This document shows positions 18,851-28,137 of a stretch of 64,000 nt of DNA, in pieces (positions within the stretch are counted from its first letter, which is position 1; every line of letters starts with the position of its first letter). Source of the stretch: Pseudomonadota bacterium (GTDB lineage Bacteria; Bdellovibrionota_G; JALEGL01; DATDPG01); contig JAZDDX010000016.1 of NCBI GenBank assembly GCA_043809315.1, forward strand, positions 117,732 to 181,731. The letters are read 5' to 3'. The position numbers were made by a program, and so were the translations under genes. The notes beneath the pieces were generated by a model. It did not search any database. It saw nothing but the letters and a program-made list of their open reading frames with translations, and was not told the DNA's origin.

Positions 18851-19497
18851 ACGACCCTCCCTTCCTTGAGAGCGATTTCTTGCTTCGCCATGTGCGCCAC
18901 GAGGCGTCGGTCGTGGGTGGCGAGAACAATCGTCGTGCCGCGGAGGTTGATGTCGCGGAGAAGTTCGAGGATCTCGAGCGTGAGATCGGGGTCGAGGTTC
19001 CCGGTCGGTTCGTCGGCCAGCAGGATCTTCGGGTCGTTCACGAGGGCCCGCGCGATCGCGACTCGTTGTTGTTCGCCGCCCGAAAGACGAAGCGGAAGTG
19101 AATCGGCTCTCTTCTCAAGACCGACCAGCCGGAGCATCATCGACACCCGCCGATCGATCTGTGCCGCCGGCTTCCCCAAAACCTGGAGACTCACTGCCAC
19201 GTTTTGAGAGACGGTGCGCCACGGGATCAGCTTAAAATCCTGGAAGACGACGCCGATCGAACGGCGGAGACGGGCGATCGGGTTCCGGCGCAGCCGGGAG
19301 ATATTCCGGCCGTCGACCAGGATCTGCCCCTCGGAGGCGCGCTCGGCTGCGAAAATCAGCCTGAGCAAGGTCGTTTTCCCGGCACCGCTCGGCCCGGTCA
19401 AACAGACAAAATCCCCTTTTTCGATCCGGATGTTGATGTCGGAGAGAGCGGCGGCGTCGCGCTGGTACCACTTATAGACGTGGAACATCTGGATCAT
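18847..19497 (-). CDS. ftsE: Cell division ATP-binding protein FtsE
   Basis: GPSGAGKTT, GVVFQDFKL, LSGGEQQRVAIARA, ADEPTGNLD. Confidence 0.95.
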   Translation of the reverse strand: MIQMFHVYKWYQRDAAALSDINIRIEKGDFVCLTGPSGAGKTTLLRLIFAAERASEGQILVDGRNISRLRRNPIARLRRSIGVVFQDFKLIPWRTVSQNVAVSLQVLGKPAAQIDRRVSMMLRLVGLEKRADSLPLRLSGGEQQRVAIARALVNDPKILLADEPTGNLDPDLTLEILELLRDINLRGTTIVLATHDRRLVAHMAKQEIALKEGRVV

Positions 19498-19979
19498 GAC
19501 GGCTCCGGCTCCTCCGTTGCAAGGAACTCGAGGATCATTTCATCGAGCGTCTTCTCCGTGGCCCCGGTCGTATCGAGCGTCCGGGCCGGCGCCCCGGGCT
19601 TCCGGTACGGCCGGTCCGCCACTTTGGGAGGGGGCACGACCGCGCGGGGCTCCGCGGCTTTCGGCTTCGGCGGGAGGAGCGCATCCGGCGGGACGATCGA
19701 AACGGTCGGCTGATTCAGGCGTTTCTGCACCCCGGGCAGGCGGCCGTGGACGAGATCCTTCATCATCTCTTTGTGCTGCTCCTGCATGATCGCGAGGACG
19801 ATCTCCCGCAAAGAAGGTTTGATAATAAACTTCTGATAGTTCGACCTGCGCGCGGCGAGAACGTTCCCCCCGGCAAAGACGTGCGTCACGACCACCGGGT
19901 TGTCGACCCCGCCGTCCTCGGTCTGGATGTGGAATACGACCCCTTCGTGGCGAAGGTTGTGGTTGTACCCCGGGAGCAC
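19494..19979 (-). CDS. Conserved hypothetical protein
   Basis: GYNHNLRHEGVVFHIQTED...QHKEMMKDL, Pro-rich linker, EKTLDEMILEFL tail; a pattern recalled from myxobacterial-type hypotheticals. Confidence 0.75.
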   Translation of the reverse strand: MLPGYNHNLRHEGVVFHIQTEDGGVDNPVVVTHVFAGGNVLAARRSNYQKFIIKPSLREIVLAIMQEQHKEMMKDLVHGRLPGVQKRLNQPTVSIVPPDALLPPKPKAAEPRAVVPPPKVADRPYRKPGAPARTLDTTGATEKTLDEMILEFLATEEPEPS

Positions 19980-19994
19980 GCGGTCATCGTAACA

Positions 19995-20015
19995 TTCATT
20001 GCGGAGAAAGGGGAC
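19995..20015. repeat. 21-bp direct repeat, copy 1
   Basis: TTCATTGCGGAGAAAGGGGAC vs TTCATTGCGGAGGACGGGGAC at 20160-20180 (19/21). Confidence 0.85.
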
Positions 20016-20086
20016 GGATCCGGCGTAGTTACTCGCAGCCGCTTGAACCGATGTGACCCGCGATCGTGTGCGAGCAAAGTCCCGCG

Positions 20087-20149
20087 TGGTGCGAAAGGGC
20101 GGACTTGAACCCCCACGACCTTGCGGCCACTAGACCCTGAATCTAGCGT
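20087..20149 (-). pseudogene. 5'-truncated tRNA-Leu(CAG) remnant
   Basis: Anticodon arm CTAGA-TTCAGGG-TCTAG, long variable arm, GGTTCAAGT, 3' acceptor CTTTCGC-A-CCA. The 5' acceptor strand (GCGAAAG) and D-arm are missing and the T-stem has a G-G mismatch. Confidence 0.8.
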
Positions 20150-20159
20150 CCAGCACCAT

Positions 20160-20180
20160 TTCATTGCGGAGGACGGGGAC
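20160..20180. repeat. 21-bp direct repeat, copy 2
   Basis: See 19995-20015. Confidence 0.85.
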
Positions 20181-20194
20181 CGAAGCGAACAAAA

Positions 20195-20500
20195 CTACTT
20201 ATGGAATGAGCCTCGAACGGAAAGTTTGAGAACCGCGACGTCGGTTTCAACTGAGGTAAGACGCTGTTCGAAATTTTCGTACCCTCCGACGGGAGGGGTG
20301 AGCTGCTCCAGGACAAGCCCAATCTGACTTCGAAGCTCCTCATGAAGAACTCCCATGTACCGTTTGGCATCCTCGTACCGCTGCTCGATCTTCTGTTCGA
20401 GCTTATTCTCAAGTCTCGCAAGCGAGTCATTAAGTATACGGGTGGTCACCGGAGCTTCGTCGGAACATGGAAAAGTCATCGTTCGAGTTTCGTCTACCAT
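20195..20500 (-). CDS. Small coiled-coil hypothetical protein (101 aa)
   Basis: SD AAGGAG before ATG 20500; heptad-like segments; sigma54 promoter upstream. Confidence 0.75.
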   Translation of the reverse strand: MVDETRTMTFPCSDEAPVTTRILNDSLARLENKLEQKIEQRYEDAKRYMGVLHEELRSQIGLVLEQLTPPVGGYENFEQRLTSVETDVAVLKLSVRGSFHK

Positions 20501-20525
20501 TTGTTTTCTCCTTGAGGCAAGCGGA

Positions 20526-20541
20526 AGCAGAAAATGTGCCA
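20526..20541 (-). promoter_or_regulatory. Sigma54 promoter
   Basis: TGGCACA-TTTT-CTGCT (GG-N10-GC). Confidence 0.7.
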
Positions 20542-20615
20542 AGCCAAGCGCCTTTTCAATCGACTTGAGACCTTCTCCGAGACCGAAAATCGGATGCCGG
20601 TTCGGAAATCGACCG

Positions 20616-21173
20616 TCAGGGATGGGGGATCGGAAACAGGCGGCGGATATCGACATGCCCCCAGAGCGTCTCGCGGTCGGCCCCGTCGATCAGGATCTTG
20701 AGGGCAGTCACTCCGGGGATGTTCCGTCCGACCGACACGAGAAGCGCTTCAATCGCCAGGGTCTCCATCTCCACGCCGACCGGTCCGGCGTCGATCTCAT
20801 CCGCCGAAAAATCGAGGAAGAGATCCCCCCGTTCGTCGAAAAAGACGGCCCGCGGGTGAAGATCGGCGGGCAGTGCGGGAACCGCAGATTCCCCCGGAGA
20901 TCGCCCGAGCGCTGCAAGAATCGTCCCGACCCATTCCACAGACCGGGCGCGTCGGTCCGGCAAGCTGAGGGAATAATCGACGAGCCCTTTCAGATCGCGC
21001 CGAGGGTACGACAGAATTACGGACACCTCTGCCAAAGGGGACGGAAGGACGGAAACCGGTGACGGTGCGGGTCTCGAGACGGCGCCCCATCTCTCCTGGC
21101 GCCATTTCCAGGCCGTAACGACCGTCGCAATGACAGCGGCCAAACAAAAAACCTTCAAGAGACCTTTTGACAC
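20616..21173 (-). CDS. GerMN domain-containing protein
   Basis: N-terminal anchor; LPADLHPRAVF, LFLDFS, LKILIDGADRETLWGHVDI. Confidence 0.82.
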   Translation of the reverse strand: MSKGLLKVFCLAAVIATVVTAWKWRQERWGAVSRPAPSPVSVLPSPLAEVSVILSYPRRDLKGLVDYSLSLPDRRARSVEWVGTILAALGRSPGESAVPALPADLHPRAVFFDERGDLFLDFSADEIDAGPVGVEMETLAIEALLVSVGRNIPGVTALKILIDGADRETLWGHVDIRRLFPIPHP

Positions 21174-21212
21174 GGGTCCCCCGTTTGGTACCGTCTCGAC
21201 GCTTTTCCTCCC

Positions 21213-21899
21213 ATGAAACTCAACATCTTCAGACTCATCGTCGAGGCCGGGATCGTCGTCAAGTTTGTCCTCCTTCTCTTGGGGGCATTCTCCGTGATCT
21301 CGTGGGGAATCATTTTCCTCAAGGTCCGGACGCTCCGGCGCGCGAGGGACAATTCCGAGCGGTTCCTGGAGTTCTTCTGGTCGCAGCGGAACATGGAGAA
21401 CGCATTCAAGAAGGCGGAGGAGTTCGACATCTGCCCGGTGGCGGCGGTCTTCCGGCGCGGCTACGCAGAGCTCACGAAGGTGAGGGAGGCGGCTCAGAAG
21501 TCGGGCGAAGGAACGAAGGAGGATATCCCGGGGATTCTCGACAACGTCGAGCGTGCGTTACGCCGGAGCGCTACGACACAGCTCACCTCCCTGGAGCGGC
21601 GGGTTCCCTTCCTCGCCACGACCGGAAGCTCGGCGCCGTTCATCGGCCTCTTCGGGACGGTCTGGGGGATCATGGGCGCCTTTTTGAACATCGGGGCCAG
21701 CGGGGCGACGAACCTCGCCGTCGTGGCCCCCGGTATCTCCGAGGCTCTCATTGCAACCGCCGTCGGCCTCTTCGCCGCCATCCCCGCGGTCATCGGCTAC
21801 AACTATTGCGTGAGCCAGATCCGCGTCGTCCAGCGCGAGATGGAGAACTTCTCGAACGATTTCTTGAACGTCATCAAACGCCAGCTCGGAACGAGTTAG
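21213..21899 (+). CDS. tolQ: TolQ
   Basis: FLATTGSSAPFIGLFGTVWGIM, VAPGISEALIATAVGL. Confidence 0.95.
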   Translation: MKLNIFRLIVEAGIVVKFVLLLLGAFSVISWGIIFLKVRTLRRARDNSERFLEFFWSQRNMENAFKKAEEFDICPVAAVFRRGYAELTKVREAAQKSGEGTKEDIPGILDNVERALRRSATTQLTSLERRVPFLATTGSSAPFIGLFGTVWGIMGAFLNIGASGATNLAVVAPGISEALIATAVGLFAAIPAVIGYNYCVSQIRVVQREMENFSNDFLNVIKRQLGTS

Positions 21900-21905
21900 A
21901 TCGGA

Positions 21906-22331
21906 ATGGCGTTCACTCCCCAGGCCTCCGACAGCGGGATGATGTCCGAGATCAACGTCACCCCGTTCGTCGACGTGATGCTCGTTCTTCTCGTAATCTT
22001 CATGGTGACGGCGCCGCTCATCCAAAAGGAGGTCGATATCGATCTCCCGGAAACCCGGGCCGTTCAAACGGTCTCGGTCAAAGAAACGGATGTGGTCCTC
22101 ACGATCAACAAACAGCGCCAGGTCTTTCTCGCGAAGACGCCGATCGGCGTCTCGGATCTGACGCCGAAACTCCGTGAGATATTCCGGACGAAGGTGCGGA
22201 AGGAGATCTTCCTTCGCGCCGACAAAGGGATTCCCTACGGCTTCGTGATCAAGGTGATGGCGTTGGTGAAAAACGCCGGCATCGACCGGATGGGGATGAT
22301 CACGGAGAGCGAAACGGAGCCTTCTTCGTAG
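21906..22331 (+). CDS. tolR: TolR
   Basis: EINVTPFVDVMLVLLVIFMVTAP, LRADK..PYG. Confidence 0.95.
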   Translation: MAFTPQASDSGMMSEINVTPFVDVMLVLLVIFMVTAPLIQKEVDIDLPETRAVQTVSVKETDVVLTINKQRQVFLAKTPIGVSDLTPKLREIFRTKVRKEIFLRADKGIPYGFVIKVMALVKNAGIDRMGMITESETEPSS

Positions 22332-22343
22332 TAGAATCCAACC

Positions 22344-23096
22344 GTGGTCGACGTCGAACAGCTCCAGTTCCGTCGGATGTTGGCGGCTTCGACCGCCTTC
22401 CACACGGTGATCCTCGGAACGGTTCTGGTCACGACGTCGTATTCTCCCCGCCATTATGTAGATGTCGGATCGAAGGGGCCGATCAATGTCATGTGGGCCT
22501 CGACTGTCCACCTTCCGGCCGAAACCGCCCCCAACAAACTCCCCGGACCGGCCGTCGCCCTTCCGTCGGAAGTCCTTCCGGCTCCGCCACAGCCAAAGTA
22601 CGTGATGCCGGAGGATCTCCAGAAGATGGATCGGTCCAAGATCGAGGAGGCGCGGCGAAAAGCGATGACAGAGGCCGTGGCCTCGGTGCGGCGGACGATC
22701 GACGACCGCCCGATTCCGAGGGCGGACAACTACCCGTCGAAGTGGACGCGAAATGCGGAGGAGGGACTTCCAAGCGGCCCCGGGGGGCTCGCAGGAGTTC
22801 TGGGAGGGAGTCCGGTTTTCACCGAATACAAAGATCGGATCCGGCAGATCATCATCCGGAACTGGATCTGGATCCAGCAACGGGGAGCCATGAAGACCGA
22901 GGTGATCTTCACGATCGATGAGCAGGGGAATATTTCCAATCTGTCGGTCTCGAAAAGCTCGGGAGACCCGTCGTTCGACGCCTCGGCATTGCGGGCGGTC
23001 CGAAAATCGTCCCCCCTCCCGGCCCCTCCCGACGAAATTGCCCAAAGTCTGATAAAAGAGGGATTGGGTTTGATCTTCGACCCGAACCAGAAATGA
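22344..23096 (+). CDS. tolA: TolA/TonB-like energy transducer
   Basis: N-terminal SxxxH TM, Pro-rich region, KSSGDPSFDASALRAVRKSSPLP; between tolR and tolB. Confidence 0.85.
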   Translation: MVDVEQLQFRRMLAASTAFHTVILGTVLVTTSYSPRHYVDVGSKGPINVMWASTVHLPAETAPNKLPGPAVALPSEVLPAPPQPKYVMPEDLQKMDRSKIEEARRKAMTEAVASVRRTIDDRPIPRADNYPSKWTRNAEEGLPSGPGGLAGVLGGSPVFTEYKDRIRQIIIRNWIWIQQRGAMKTEVIFTIDEQGNISNLSVSKSSGDPSFDASALRAVRKSSPLPAPPDEIAQSLIKEGLGLIFDPNQK

Positions 23097-24409
23097 AAAA
23101 AGCTCTTTGGATCCTGATCTTCCTGTCGGTTCTTGCGCCGGAGTTCGCGCAGGCGCGTGTCTACATCGACATCAATCAGGTTTCAACTGATTCGTTTCCG
23201 ATCGCGGTGGTCCCGCCCTATCGCGTTCGCGGAGACGAGGACCGGGCGCTCCTGAACGATGACTTCGCGAAGACCGTACGGAACGATCTCGAGCTGATGG
23301 GGGTCTTCCGGCGGATCGAGCCGAAGGCGTTCATCGAGAGCCCGACGAAACAGGGGCTGACCCCGGCCGAAATCGATTTCGCCAGTTGGGCGCTTCTCGA
23401 CGCCCTGGCCCTTGTGAAAGGGTGGTATCGGGTCGACGGGAAGAAACTCACGATCGAAGCTCACCTGTACGACGTCCTCTCGAAGACGGAGCTAGTGGCG
23501 AAAAGATACGACTCGACCGTCGACCGGGCGGTCGCGATCGGCCACCGGTTCGCGAACGAAATCATGCAGATCTTGACCGGCGAATCGGGGCTCTTCGACA
23601 CTAAGATCGCCTTCGTCTGCCAGCCGAAAGGGCCGAAGGAGCTCTGCGTGACCGATTTCGACGGATCGAACGTGCGACAACTCACGCGCTACGGATCGAT
23701 CGTCCTTTCCCCCGCGTGGGAGCTCGACGGGAAAACGATCTTTTTCACGTCGTTCGCGGGAGCGAAGGTGCCGCAGCTCTTCCGGGTCGGCTCGGACGGT
23801 TCGGGCGTGCCGAGCAAGCTCGCCTCGCTCCCGGGACTTACGATCGGGCTCTCGATCGATCCGACCGAGCCTCTCCTCGCCACCACGCTCACGAAAGACG
23901 GGAACCCGGAAATCTATCTCCTGACCCTGGCCGGAACGTTGAAGCAACGTCTCACCACGAACAACGACATCGACGTGAGCGCTTCGTTCTCTCCGGACGG
24001 AAAACACCTGACGTTCGTCTCGAACCGCGACGGATCCCCGCAGGTCTACAAGATGGACCGGAACGGGGAGAACGTGCAGCGACTGACGTTCAAGGGGGCC
24101 AACAACACGGCGCCGGCCTGGTCCCCCCGCGGGGACAAGATCGCTTTCGCGGGGCTCGACACCGACGGGGAGTTCGACATCTTCACGATGAACATCGACG
24201 GCTCCGGTATGATGAGGCTCACGTACGACACGAGGGACAATCAGGAGCCGAAGTGGGCTCCGGGGGGTCAGTTGATCACCTTCGCCTCGAAACGGACCGG
24301 CCATTACCAAATCTGGTCGATGCGCCCCGACGGGACGAAACAAATGCAATTGACTCGCGAGCCGTGGGATCACACGATGCCGGTTTGGGGGCCGAGAACC
24401 GTCAAGTGA
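23093..24409 (+). CDS. tolB: TolB beta-propeller protein
   Basis: TolB_N domain followed by PD40 repeats (SPAW, FSPDG, WSPRG, WAPGG). Confidence 0.93.
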   Translation: MKKALWILIFLSVLAPEFAQARVYIDINQVSTDSFPIAVVPPYRVRGDEDRALLNDDFAKTVRNDLELMGVFRRIEPKAFIESPTKQGLTPAEIDFASWALLDALALVKGWYRVDGKKLTIEAHLYDVLSKTELVAKRYDSTVDRAVAIGHRFANEIMQILTGESGLFDTKIAFVCQPKGPKELCVTDFDGSNVRQLTRYGSIVLSPAWELDGKTIFFTSFAGAKVPQLFRVGSDGSGVPSKLASLPGLTIGLSIDPTEPLLATTLTKDGNPEIYLLTLAGTLKQRLTTNNDIDVSASFSPDGKHLTFVSNRDGSPQVYKMDRNGENVQRLTFKGANNTAPAWSPRGDKIAFAGLDTDGEFDIFTMNIDGSGMMRLTYDTRDNQEPKWAPGGQLITFASKRTGHYQIWSMRPDGTKQMQLTREPWDHTMPVWGPRTVK

Positions 24410-25353
24410 CCTACAAACGACGCCGGATCGCTTCCATCGACCTGGGAAGCAACTCATTTCTCCTTCTGGCCGCGGAACGGGGGGAGGACGGTCTTTTCAC
24501 CGTTCTGGCCGACGAAAGCGAAACGCCGAGAATCAGCGAGGGGCTCCGGGCGACCCGGACAATCTCCCCGGAAGCGGTCCAGCGGGCCGTCGCAGCGCTC
24601 ACGAAGCTTTCGACCCGGGCCAAGGAGATCGGCGCCACGGAGATCTTCGCCACCGCCACCGCCGCGGTTCGCGAAGCGTCGAACCGGGACGACGTGATCC
24701 GTGTTTTCTCGGAGGCGGCCGGCGTGCCGCTCGAGGTGCTCCCTCCCGCGGAGGAGGCCCGCCTCTCCTATCTTTCGGTCACGATGGAGCTGCCGCACAA
24801 CGAGCGGACGATGGTGGTCGACATCGGCGGCGGTTCGACCGAGATCACCTGGGGAATCGGCCACCGCTTCGACGGCGCGAGAAGCTTGAACCTCGGGACG
24901 GTGAAACTCCTTGAAAAACACCTCACGATGGAGTGCCCCACCGCCATCGAACTCGACGCCGCCCGGGATGAAATCGACGCCGCCCTGGCGCGGATCACCC
25001 CGCTCGGCACCCTCGATCATTATTATGGAACCGCGGGGAGTTTCACGCACCTTGCCTCCCTCGAACTCGGGTTGGAGCGGTACTCATCGCAAGGTGTCGC
25101 CGGACATATCCTGACGCGGGAACGTGTGGAGGAGTGGGTGAACAAGATCGCGTCGACCCCGTTCGAAGGGCGAAAGTTACTTCCGGGGGCCGATCCGCGA
25201 CGGATCGATGTCCTCCTCTCCGGGACGCTGATTGTCGAGAGATTGTTCGAAAAATTCAAGAACCGGTCATTCCAGGTCTTCGATCGCGGGGTCCGGTTCG
25301 GAAAGGCGTACGACGTCCTTCGGGGGTTCGCCCCCCCGATTCACTTCGCCTGA
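24406..25353 (+). CDS. ppx: Ppx/GppA family phosphatase
   Basis: GTG 24406; IDLGSNS, ATAAVREASN, EEARL, DIGGGSTE. Confidence 0.9.
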   Translation: MTYKRRRIASIDLGSNSFLLLAAERGEDGLFTVLADESETPRISEGLRATRTISPEAVQRAVAALTKLSTRAKEIGATEIFATATAAVREASNRDDVIRVFSEAAGVPLEVLPPAEEARLSYLSVTMELPHNERTMVVDIGGGSTEITWGIGHRFDGARSLNLGTVKLLEKHLTMECPTAIELDAARDEIDAALARITPLGTLDHYYGTAGSFTHLASLELGLERYSSQGVAGHILTRERVEEWVNKIASTPFEGRKLLPGADPRRIDVLLSGTLIVERLFEKFKNRSFQVFDRGVRFGKAYDVLRGFAPPIHFA

Positions 25354-25376
25354 GCCGTCGACTTTTCAGGTAAACT

Positions 25377-26369
25377 ATGGCATTAGGCCCCCCCATGTCT
25401 CTGGAGACAGTACCGCGCGGTTATTTCTGGCTGAAAACGAAGCTGGCGGCCAAGTATTACCGGAACCTCCTCCTTCACCGGCCGGTCTCCATCAATCTGG
25501 AGGTCACGAAGCGGTGCAACGCCCGTTGCGACTTCTGCGACTACTGGAAGACGAAGAAGGAAGAGGTGATCGACGACTACGGCCCGATCGTCAAGAAGAT
25601 TGATCCGATGATGGTCACGATCACGGGGGGGGAGCCGTTGCTCCGCCTCGATCTTCCCGACGTCCTTCGGAAGATCAAGAAGGCGGTGCCGGTCAGTTAC
25701 ATGGCGATGATTACCAACGCCTCGCTGCTGACGCCGGAAAAGGCGAAGGAACCGCACGAGGCGGGGCTCGACCAGATCTCGATCTCCCTCGATTTTCTGG
25801 ACGAACGGCATGACAAGAGCCGCGGCCTCCCGTTCCTCTGGAAACATATTTCGACGATCGTTCCCCAACTTCCTGCGATCGGGTTCGACGCCGTGAACCT
25901 GAACTGGATCGTCATGGAACAGAACTTCGATCAGACGTTGGCTCTGGCGGAGAAGGCCCGCGAGTGGGGGGTCACGGCCACCTATACCGCGTATTGCGAC
26001 CTGAAATCGATGAACGACGGGCATTTCCTCTCGGAGAAGAACCTCGAGAAGTTCCCGTCGGTGATCAAAGAAATCTTCCACTTTAAACGCAACTTCAAAA
26101 CGATCCGCTCCTCCGACTTCTTCCTGGAACGAATGCCGGGGTATTACCGACACGATCGGATCGACGGATGCCCGGCAGGTCTACGGTGGATTCAGATCAC
26201 GCCGGAAGGGTGGTTCAAACCCTGTTCGGAACTCCCCCCGGTCGTCCATTGGACGGAGTATGATCACCGGAAGAGTTTTGAGCCGCAGGAATGCACTCTT
26301 TGCTGGTACAGCTGCCGGGGCGAAGCGCAAACGCCGATCGGCCCCAAACGAATCCGCGAGTTCTTGTAG
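25377..26369 (+). CDS. Radical SAM protein with C-terminal Cys-rich (SPASM/twitch-like) domain
   Basis: CNARCDFC, TGGEPL, CPAG...PC...CTLCWYSC. Confidence 0.9.
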   Translation: MALGPPMSLETVPRGYFWLKTKLAAKYYRNLLLHRPVSINLEVTKRCNARCDFCDYWKTKKEEVIDDYGPIVKKIDPMMVTITGGEPLLRLDLPDVLRKIKKAVPVSYMAMITNASLLTPEKAKEPHEAGLDQISISLDFLDERHDKSRGLPFLWKHISTIVPQLPAIGFDAVNLNWIVMEQNFDQTLALAEKAREWGVTATYTAYCDLKSMNDGHFLSEKNLEKFPSVIKEIFHFKRNFKTIRSSDFFLERMPGYYRHDRIDGCPAGLRWIQITPEGWFKPCSELPPVVHWTEYDHRKSFEPQECTLCWYSCRGEAQTPIGPKRIREFL

Positions 26370-26371
26370 CG

Positions 26372-28009
26372 ATGTCACTCCGGACGATCCTCCTTGTCCT
26401 GACAGGATCCGTCTGTGCCTGCGCGAACCATTGCCCAAACACCGGGTTCACGTTGATCTGCGCCCAGGGAGGTTCGGGAATCGCCAAGATCGACACGTCG
26501 GCCTCCGAGCGAAAGTTCCTGCTCATCCCGTTTTCGGCACCGTCTCAGGAATCGGACAGCGCCCTCCCCTACGATCTCCAGATCGACACGACTTCGAAGA
26601 CGGCGGCCGTTTCCTCCCCGCGACTCACGGTTTCGCCTCCTTCGACTCTCTCGGAAAAGATCGTGGCACGAATTCAAGCCGAGAGCCGCCGCCGAGCGGT
26701 CGATCAAATTTCCATCGAAAAAGCCGTCCGCAGTTTCCGTTCGGATCCAGCCCCGTTCCGGCGGCTCCTCTCCCCCCGCGCCGCCTCGACGGCCCCACGC
26801 GACGTTACCACGACAATCTCGATCTTCTCGCCGTTCGACGGCGAGGAGGGAACGAAGCTGACCGGGAACCTTCGGGTCAAGTCGGCGCACACGGCGATCT
26901 ATGTCGACTCCCGCGTCGACCTCACGGTGGCGGACGCCGACGTCAAAGCGATGATGCAGGGGTTCGACAACATCACACTCCCCCGTCTCCACGTCCTGTT
27001 CGGGGCTGAGTCCGACGTCGACGGGAACGGAGTCGTGAACGTCTTCCTCGCGGCGCCTGAGAAGGTCGGCTCGAACGTGATCGGCTTTTTCCGTCCCACC
27101 GATCTTCTTCCGGACGGAACCGTTTCGGGAGTGCGAAGCAACGTGATGGAAATCGTCTACGTCCGGACCCCGGGGGCCGGCTTCGATTTCTCGCTGGCGC
27201 AAGCCACGCTGGCGCACGAGATATTTCACCTGATCAACTTCGCTCAGAAAAGCTTGCCGCTGTTCCGGGCGAGTGTGGGGACCCTCGCCTTCACCGAGGC
27301 GATCTTCTTGAACGAAGGACAGGCGCACCTGGCGGAGGATCTGACCGGCTGGGGGGTCGGCACTCCCGATTTGATCAAGATCTATCTCAAGTGCATCGGG
27401 CTGACTTCTCTCGCGGGGGGAGGAACGACGACGTCGGATGATGCGACCTGCCGGATCGCCGCGGCGGGAAGCGACAGCATCCCGAGGCGGGGGGCCGCGA
27501 TGCTCCTTCTTCTTTACATGTTCCAGCAGTTGGGCGGTGCCACGTTCAGCACCACCACGGTGGACGACATCCAGGGGGATGGGATCAAATTCCTTAAAAA
27601 GCTCAGTAGCACGACGTCGATCGGGCTGGCCAACCTCGAGGAGTCGAGCAACCGGACGTTCTTCTTCTGGTACGCCGACTTCGCCGGGGTTCTGGCTCTC
27701 GACAACACGAACGGATCGACCGATCCCCGGTATCACCTCGTCTCGCCGGAACTCGATCCGTTCACGAACTTCTACCGATACATCCGCCTCCGTTCCTCGC
27801 GCGTCGTGGACGGAAACACGGTGACTTGGGAAGGCCCTCTCCCGTCGCACGAGATCACCGCCGGCGCCGACACGAAACTCAGCGATTCTCTCTTCGTCAC
27901 CGGCTTGCAGGCGACGGTCTTGACCGTCCCGGCGAACCTCCAGGCACAGATCACCGCGAGCGCGAATTCCCATCTGGCCCTCGGCCTCGCGATCGTTCCG
28001 ATGCCGTAA
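26372..28009 (+). CDS. Secreted/lipoprotein zinc metallopeptidase (M30/hyicolysin-like)
   Basis: Signal/lipobox-like N-terminus; FGAESDVDGNG, GFF, TLAHEIFHLIN (HExxH), FLNEGQAH. Confidence 0.75.
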   Translation: MSLRTILLVLTGSVCACANHCPNTGFTLICAQGGSGIAKIDTSASERKFLLIPFSAPSQESDSALPYDLQIDTTSKTAAVSSPRLTVSPPSTLSEKIVARIQAESRRRAVDQISIEKAVRSFRSDPAPFRRLLSPRAASTAPRDVTTTISIFSPFDGEEGTKLTGNLRVKSAHTAIYVDSRVDLTVADADVKAMMQGFDNITLPRLHVLFGAESDVDGNGVVNVFLAAPEKVGSNVIGFFRPTDLLPDGTVSGVRSNVMEIVYVRTPGAGFDFSLAQATLAHEIFHLINFAQKSLPLFRASVGTLAFTEAIFLNEGQAHLAEDLTGWGVGTPDLIKIYLKCIGLTSLAGGGTTTSDDATCRIAAAGSDSIPRRGAAMLLLLYMFQQLGGATFSTTTVDDIQGDGIKFLKKLSSTTSIGLANLEESSNRTFFFWYADFAGVLALDNTNGSTDPRYHLVSPELDPFTNFYRYIRLRSSRVVDGNTVTWEGPLPSHEITAGADTKLSDSLFVTGLQATVLTVPANLQAQITASANSHLALGLAIVPMP

Positions 28010-28011
28010 CC
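27997..28011. repeat. 15-bp direct repeat, copy 1 (includes the peptidase stop codon)
   Basis: TCCGATGCCGTAACC, identical to 28959-28973. Confidence 0.9.
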
Positions 28012-28082
28012 TGGGTTGTCAGCGGAAGGTTCCGCTGGAAGCTCCCCCGTTGCTATGTGTCTGTATTTACAAAACAAATACT

Positions 28083-28097
28083 TGGCCCACCCCTTGC
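28083..28097 (+). promoter_or_regulatory. Sigma54 promoter
   Basis: TGGCCCA-CCCC-TTGC with an AT-rich tract upstream. Confidence 0.6.
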
Positions 28098-28137
28098 GTA
28101 CTCAGATGTCCGTATGCGGGGAAAGGAAGGCCAAACG

